A stretch of 64,000 bases of DNA from a virus (Duplodnaviria > Caudoviricetes). This document shows positions 38,508 through 47,500 of this stretch, in pieces. The stretch covers positions 285 to 64,284 of the IMG/VR virus record IMGVR_UViG_3300040807_001487; one strand, written 5' to 3'. The notes beneath the pieces are model-generated. The model was given only the letters and a program-made list of their open reading frames with translations, did no database searches and was not told where the DNA came from. A program made the position numbers and the translations under genes. Within the stretch, counting starts at the first letter, position 1, and each line of letters begins with the position of its first letter.

Positions 38508-41500
38508 TTAATATCCTCTTGTACGTAGATTCATTTCGCCAACATTTTGACCAACACCGCTAGCGAATAGCCACAATTGGCCGCTACTTTCAATTGGTGC
38601 AGATTCTAATTCAAGTACCAAATTCAAGCCAGATTCTTGCACAATTCCATCCACTCCAAAATTGTATAGTCCTAACTTATTATACACATTTGCCGAATCT
38701 GCGGCGTTTGAATAGAGATTCATTATTCCAGAGGCTTCATCTGGCCTACCCTCAACTGCAAGCCTGAGAGCGTTAGTATGTATTTTACCAGCCAATATAA
38801 CACCGTCTACCGACTTGATAAACGGTCTGTGTTGTATGAATCCATATTCTGAGGGGTCTTGACCAGAAACTTCTATAAATATTTCACCTCTTGGATTAGT
38901 AAATATTATACCGCTGGCAGTATTGGCCTGTGCGTCGTCTTCAGTATTTGAAATATTAAACAGTATTTCATTTTCTTGAACGCCGCTGTGGCCAAACAGC
39001 CTTCCTGAAATATAAGCTTCGCTAGAACGAGTTGCTGGCTGTGGTCTTCTGAGCATTAAGTCATACGTATAACCAGCGCCATGATCTGGCTTGTAAACAT
39101 CTTCGTCGGTGAATGGGTGATTTTTGCTACCAATAGCAACTGTATAATCTGCGTCAGTTCTTCTTCGCCTTGCAACAGATACAGATTCTCCAAAATGAGA
39201 ATTTTCAGATCCAGATATGCTAATCAATTCCAGATCAACATAATCATATGTTTTTTGTTTATGAGAATTATAGCCTTGTGGAGAAATCTTCTCTAGCTTA
39301 TGCCAGTATTTCTCTCTTTGTATAAAGTCATAATCTTCTGAGTATAGATAAACAGCGCCATTGTTTAATATTCCGAGTCCGCTATTTGGAAGTTCTGATC
39401 TTACACCAGAAGTTCCTAGATCGTAAACAGTTCTTGTTCTGTAATCAAATGCGTTGCCAAACGCTTTGTTCATGAACAATCCAACCCGTGGATCTTCTTC
39501 AACAAAGTTCTGGAAATCATGACCGGGAGCGCCAATAGCTAATATGCCACCGTTTACATCTATATCATAACCAAACCTATCTGTAAATCTACTTTCTGGA
39601 AGATCATTAAACAGATCGTATTCATTTATTCCGAGTTCTTCTGGTCTATTGCACACATTTACGTCTGTGTAATCCTGACCAACATTAATACTGTCTGGTC
39701 TGAACTTCCTGATGTACTGCCAAGCAGTGGCCTGTTCTCTAATTGGGCTAACACCATTATTATTGTTTTCAAATAGATAGACAGCACCCGCTCCACCAAA
39801 CGCACTTAGTGTAACCCCGGAAGGAGTTTCATACTGCACTGTATTAGAAATTTGATCCCATTTTACAATTCCGCTTTCTTGGTGATAAGCACTAAATGGA
39901 GCGCCAACAAACAATCTATTACCTTGTAGTTTAACGCTATAGCCAAATAGATCGCCGGGATATCCTTCTGGGAATTGTTCAAAATCTAAGAAGTCGTATC
40001 CCTTTGCTTTATAAAGCGAAAGATTATCGCCATACGGAATACCATCAATAATTCCACTAAATTGACTTGAGAAATTTTCATGTAAACCGCTAGCAAAAAT
40101 GTTTATCATTTGCTGCTTTACTTTTTCTGTGTCTTCAATTGGTGGGGCGTCTTCACACTCCCAGACATACTTTGGTCTATGTACATATTCTGGATCATAT
40201 TCAGATTCATTTCCAACAAAGTCACTCATTGGCAATCTAGTAACATTGTTATTATTTGGATTGAACCTAGAAATCAAACCAGCATGACCAGCAGCACTAT
40301 ACCACTTATATGGACTTCCTCTTTCTGGAGAAATAATCTTATTTCTTATTGAGTAAACCTTGCCATTATTAAGCACAGAGCTAAAGTCTGTAGTCGGGTA
40401 TAGTGATGACACAAACTCAGATAGTCTAGGACTATATACTCCATTTTCATCAAGTATTCCGCTACCTTGTAACATGCTGGCGTCACTGATAACAGTAATT
40501 CTAGACCTGTTAAAACCAGCCAAGAACGGTGAGAAAATTTCTATTTCTTGAGCTACAACCACTGGGCCATCTATAGTCTTAATTTCATTGCCAGATAAAT
40601 ACTGAGCTTGCCATCCACTCTGTGGCTTACCACCTCTATAATTTAGAGCAACATCGAAATCGTCTAAGCAGCCATCGGCAGTTTGATCTGGACAATACTT
40701 GTAATGATTAGACCCAAGTTCTCGTAGGGGTGGTTGAATTATAATTTCTTGCTCTGGAGTTCCGGGTATAACAACCTGCACGTCTTCAAACACATCCTTA
40801 AAGCCCTTAACTTCTATAATTGGAACAGCATAGCCAGAAGCAAAAGCCATCTTTGCAGTATATGGTAATGAGTCTGATTCATTTAGTGGTAAAAGTTTGG
40901 TATCATTTGATGTAATGTAAATATCAACTTGATTTGACCAAGGATAAAAAGGACCAAGATTAATTTCGGCATAGGATGTTGTAAGTTTTTTCTTAACTAT
41001 CTCTCCGATCTCTTCTGTAAATATTTCTGTATATTCAGAGTTAATATCACTCTGCCCATATGCAGTAATTTTATTTGGCTCAATGAGTTCACCAGTTACG
41101 GGATCTTTTTGTCCACGATAAATTTTATTTAGATTCTTAGCGTAAATTGATATAGTAGAGTCAGACTCGATTGGGCTTTGTACATACCATCCAGTTTTAA
41201 TAAAGTATCCAGAATCTTGTGTTGGTAGCTCAAAGGAGACTTTAGCAAACCCAGAATTATTATAATGGTAATTTATATTTGTTCTGTTTATATCTCTTAC
41301 ACTATTGTCGCCATAGGCTGTAAAGAACTCTCCAATGATCGAGGCAACCCTAGTTGCTCCGTTTAGCTCAATTGGTATGATGAGAGTTTCTTTAAAGGTT
41401 GAAAAATCTGGTCTTTGAAACACTTTTGGTTTTTCAGAATAAAACTTAAAGTTTTGTAATTTCTCTGAATTAGTAATAAACGAATGGTATGTATTCTGGT

Positions 41501-44500
41501 TAAAATCTGGTGGAAAAATAGTATTTCTATTTACGCCGTCTGGAGTATAACTATCACGACCAAGCTCTGCATATTTTCCAGCACCATTTAAATATAGAGG
41601 CTTCATAGACAATCCTAGCTTTTCACAAAGCTTAGATGTTTGATCAGCAACTATTTGAGATGGAATTTTTTCATTAATATTACTTAGTTCTGAATCGTGT
41701 GCGTAAGTAATAATAAGTTTCTTGTTGCCCTTTCTTAGCCATGTCTTTAATTGCTCTAGTTCTGTGTCACTTGGTAGATGCTTAGTGTTTGCAATCCAGC
41801 AGACATCGTAATTTGAATATGACTTTCCTGCACGACCATTTAATAATTCATCTGAAGTGATATCTAAGTCTATGTTCTGAATGTGATAGAACAAGCTATT
41901 TGTAGCTATTAAGCCATCTTCAGAACCAGCAGAATTTTTCTTGTAGATAAAGCTGTCGTGATAACCGTCAACAAAAGAAGATCTATTTGTCCAGCCTCCA
42001 AGCTGTGCTACGTTGATATCATCTGCCGCAAAGTCAATAGTATCAGAATCAAATTCTTGACTATTCTTTGTTAGCAAATTGCGGTAGAATAAAATAGCAT
42101 CATCATCGCCTGTAAACAACACTTCTTGAGACTCAGAGGTTACACAGGAAATAAGTACAATTGATGAAGTGTTCTCTTCTGAGAATTTCTCTTCGGCAAC
42201 AACATTTGTAAACTCAGAAGCTAAAACATTCTCGATAACATCGTCAACAAACTTTGAGTTCTTGCCTTGTAAAATAAATGCCCTGTCTGTATCTTCTGGT
42301 TTGAAGAATTCTCCACCATCCGTCCACAATTCGTCTCCGTAATTAAGCGTTGGCTCTCCTATATAATTACCGCTATATTCAGTTGAGCCAGCTACTGCAT
42401 CCCAATTAAAAACACTGTTTGAATAGTTAGTGCTAAGTCTTAATGTGTTTTGTGTTGGATCTGGCTCTTGTCCCACAACTTGTTTAATAATAGAGATTTG
42501 ATCTTCTGTCGCTGGTATGATAGCAGTAAACGACGGTGACTGTTCACCAACTGATAGCAATGGAACTGGTGGAACGTCTTGATTTTTGGCAGACCAGTGG
42601 CATGTCTTTGGATCTTTATAACAAGGTTGGCCCTTATCGCAAAGGGGTTCTGTTAAACCGGGCAATAGTCCATAAGCAACTGGTATATTTCTTGGAACCC
42701 TGTGGAACTGTTGAAGTAAGTCTTGACACCATTCATACCACTGGGCGCGTAAATCGCCTTGGTGTTTAATGGGCTGTTCACATCCAACATTAGCTGTATC
42801 ATAAGAGTATTCTAAATTGTCCAGTGGGCTTATAAAGCCCCCACATGCGTGATGATACTGAGCCATAGAAGGATCATAGAACCTGATGTCACCAACACCA
42901 GAAGCAAAAAGATAAGGGGTTTTTACATTAGTTTTGATACTTCCCTCTGGGATTCTTGCTGGAACAACGTTTGTGTCTAAAGTTGGGTTTATTTGTGCAT
43001 AGAGATCATTTTTGGCTGGATATATTCTAACTCTAGATCCTAGAGCGTTGAGTATTTTATTAACAACACGGTTTGTTTCTTCATATAAACCGTCAGACTC
43101 AAAGAGAGGATCATCACCAACTAATACTAAATTTCTGTCACCATAAGATAACCACTTCTTAAGATTGTCTAACACCTCGTTGCTTAAAGAGTCTTGAGAA
43201 GGTGACAAGATAAATAGTAGACCAGCATCGTCTGGAATTTCTGGATCTACGAAACTCGTCTTGACGAATGGAATATTATTGTTGTTTTCAAATATGCCAG
43301 AAACAACATTGAATTCTGATGTTCTTATATCATTCGCCACGGCTTCTGGAGCATGATATAGTTCGTGAGCATTTCCAAAAATTCCATATTCAACTACCTT
43401 GTTATGTGGATAATATTTTCTGCCACTAAACACTTGAACAGCTCCAGCGTTTACATAAGAAGACCAAGTTCCTTCATGATCTGCCGACTCTATAGTGTTA
43501 GTTTGTAGATGAGACTCTGAATCATAAGGAGATTGATATCCACCAAGAGTAAACTGACCAAGAGCATTCTTTTCTTCGTCGCACTCTCTGCTGTTTCTAT
43601 ACCAAACATTTGTGTCATCCCACTGGTTCATGCTATCAGTTGGACAACCAATAGCTAATATTGTTCCATCTTCATTTAGATCTATCGAATAACCAACTCT
43701 TGGGTGGCCAGCAAAATTACTTGGATAGAAATCATATGTTCCGTAGCGATTATAGTCGTTGTGGTAGCTGAAGGTTTCTTTGTACTTGTCATTTAGAGAC
43801 GACTTACGAGAGACATAATTCAAAAATTCAAATCTATACTTTGCGGTCAATAGATCGTAAACTTTGCTAGCAGCACCAGCATCATTAAATCCTTCTTCTT
43901 TAAATTCTTGTAATTGTCTATACAGTAAAGTATAAGTAGATATCGCGTTTCCTTCTAGTAACAATTCTTCTTCTGCCTTGTGTATTAACCAACTTTCCAT
44001 GTTACTGGATATCATTGGCAAATCATTTGTTCTAGAAAGTTCATAAACTGTTGCTCCACGGAAATCGCTATATGGAGAACCTATAGCAATATTTTCCATG
44101 TTATCACTTATGGCAACGCTAAAGCCAAAACCTTCATTGGGAGAATATTCGTTATAATTATTTAAATCTAACCCAAACTGTTGTGTTATGTACCATTCAG
44201 ACCCGTCGTTGTCGTACAGTAAGCCAGAGCTATATGGTTGTTTTTCAAATAAATACGCTCTACCACCGCTTGGTGGCAATGAATTAAATCGGTAGTCTTC
44301 TTCACCGTAGAATAATCCAAAGCCAGAAGCAAACAGATCTAGATTAGTATCAATGTTTTCGTCCGAAAGTGTATACTCTATATTTTGTTGCGCGATTGAT
44401 ATCCAGTCTTCTTGAGAAGAACGATCAAACTCTACATCTAAAACAACGCCACTGTATGGAACATTGTCCCAAGATAGTAACCCGTTGTTATAAGAATACG

Positions 44501-47500
44501 ATGGGTATGAACCAAGGAAATCATCAAGGCCGGGAACAATTCTACGCCCACAGCTTGCGCTTTCGTCAACCATGATACCAATAAAGGCTGGGAGATTATT
44601 ATTTCTAATAGCAGAATTCAGTGGATATATCTGATTAAATATATTTGTGACTTCTTGCTCTATTCTGCTACTTGCTACCGCAACATCCTCATCTCTTAAC
44701 AGTCTAGTTATTTCATAGCGATGAATAAAATCAGAATCATTTTCATATTCTTGGAATTCGTGGAATGGAACATTTTTGTTTGGCTCAAGAACGATTACAT
44801 CTACGTCAACTTGGAATGCTGGCTCGGAGAATAGGGCAAAGTAATCATTACGGTCTTTAATCAATGAACCCAAGATCTTTTTAGCAGAAACTATTTTATT
44901 GTTCACTATCTTGGTAAAACCAGAAAACTCGTCTGTAACAATAATCACTGCTACCTTAATTGGAGATGTTACTATTTGGTCGAACGTTCTGTCAAATGTA
45001 CCCCGTGGCGCACCAACAAGTACCATTTCTTTGCCAGAGGTTTCATCTACAGCAATATCTACTGCGTGTCCAAACTTTCGTCCGTAGTTACCAATATCCC
45101 ACTCTTTAACTGGCGAATTAACGCCTTGAATGTTCTTGTATGTTAGATTAAAGTAATCTCTATGGAAGCCAGATGGCAAAGTTAATATTTCTTCTAGGCT
45201 CCATCCAGATTTATCATCTTGATCAGACCAATCATACCCACTTGGTGCTGGCAATCTTCTGTATAAGAAAACTGCTCCAGATTTATCTAGCTGTTTTGTG
45301 TCTTCGTACAACGTGTATTCTGGCGCACCAATTGCTAGTAGATCACCACGCGTAACGATATCTTTACCATACTTTGCATGTAGCGCAAATGGGTCTTCAC
45401 TAAATAGTTTAATGCCGCTAAAGTTTACTTCTGAATTACTACCATATTCTACTGTGTCAATAACTCTTGGTAATTCAACTTCTTGGTTTGATCCAGCATA
45501 TCCCAACATATTAACAATATATGGATATGATGGAATAAGTCCACCGTACTTTCTTGCTCCATAATAATTCTTGTCGTAGCCAACATCAATATTTGTGTAC
45601 GTATCTTTAGCTCTGATTACGCCACCAGTATGGCAGTCATCTGAAGTCCAGTTTATCTCATGCGTGTTTATGTCTGGGTTGGTGCATAATCCAGTAACAT
45701 CACAGTCGCCATAACAAATCGTTACAACGCCTCGTATTTCATCATCAGAACTAACTGATAAATATTTATCATCTGTAACAACAACGGCAGAACCAATGTT
45801 TTCTCCGTTCCACTGAATAATTTGTTGCTGAGTATAACTTATATCAAATGCTGGATAATTAATTGTATAAAGATTGAGCGAAGCCTGTTCTGAGTTTGGT
45901 GGGATGGGTTCATAGAAATTTGTTAGATTAAACGTCTTAGCAGTTGCCGAAAATACGTCCCTCTTATATAGCATCAAATTCATAGCAGAAGAAGAAAGTC
46001 TACCGGAGTCAATAAAGTTCGCAACGTCTACTCTGAAATTAATAGAGTTGTCTATATTCTTCTTATTCCTAGTGCTACTAAACGATGTTAGCTTTAATGT
46101 ATCCTCATAAGATGGAACAACTTCGTCATTGTAAAGATTTAAGTTAAATAACTCTACTTCTCCACCGCCGATGGTACTTAAGAAGAATCCAAAGTCTCCA
46201 TCTGCTCCAAACAAAGTCTCGTTTTGGTATTGTCCAAAATTGCCAAAATTATCAACAGATTGATGACCAAGTGAATACAAGTTCATTTCTGCTTCTGGCC
46301 ACAGCCCACCAGAAGCAATAAGGTTCATGTCGCCTGACGCAACTTCTGGAAAATACCCATCAACAAAAAGTACTAAGCCTGAAGGGACTCCAACGCTAAC
46401 ATCCTGATGACCTAAAACATTTAGATTAAGATCACCAAGTACTGTATAATCTCCGCTTGTTGACAATAAAAGTTCTTGATTGGTAGACGGTAGATGTCTT
46501 AAGCAATCTTTAAGTCTAATTTCTGCTGCATGTATTCTGATCGTAGAATCAAACGCAGAACCAGATGGGTAAACCACATCATACTGCAAGAACATGTCAT
46601 TAATGTCTGAAGAATAATACTTATGATCAAACTCTTTGATGATATGCTCTTTGCTTGTGTTGAAAACTGACCAAGGTTCAGATTCATCAAGCAAACTATC
46701 TTTATTGAACAAGCTTGAGATTTTTGTAATACATCCACTTGGGGCTAAGTAGTGAATATCTCTGTTGATTAAGCCAAGAGACTTATCAGCGCCGTCATAT
46801 GACGGAACTAATGATTGAGCATATAGACTAACAATAAGTTTTGGTCCAACTTTGCCATCGTCCCAAACAATCCGATCATCTGTAATGTGTTCAATAACAC
46901 TATCAACACTAACAGCTTTTTCTGTAAAATTATAGCCTCTTGGTAAATTCTTCCTAATCCTTGGGGCGGCTGCGTAGAACTTGCCGGAAGTTTCTGGAAC
47001 ATCTTCTATATTAAATCTTAAGAAGTCATTTTCTATTTGCGTGTGATAAGCAAGACCGCTTGCGTTAAGCGTTGCTGGCATATCAATATCTGTTCTGGAG
47101 CTATATGGCAAACCATCATGTATTAGATGGTGTTCAATGAAGTCTTTATCGTTCCTGTAAGACAATCTATCAAAGTCATCATTGAAGTGACAATTCTTGA
47201 AAGCTCCAAGCTTCCAGTTATTAGAAATATCACTATCGATGTAATCCCAAAACTTATCTTTACTAGATCTACTATCGATCATTCTCATGCTAGAAAATAA
47301 ATCTTCAACTCCACCATATTCTTTTTTGTCAACAATTATATTACTTGACGTTATTGCTCTATCTGAAAATCCTAACTCAGTAATAAAGCCAGCAAATCCA
47401 ACGCCAGACCCAGAAGAGTATCCAACAGTAACATTTTGATCTGTAGTAATTTTTGTGAATGGCTCTGAAACGCCACGCAAAGTATTGGTATCAAAATTTG

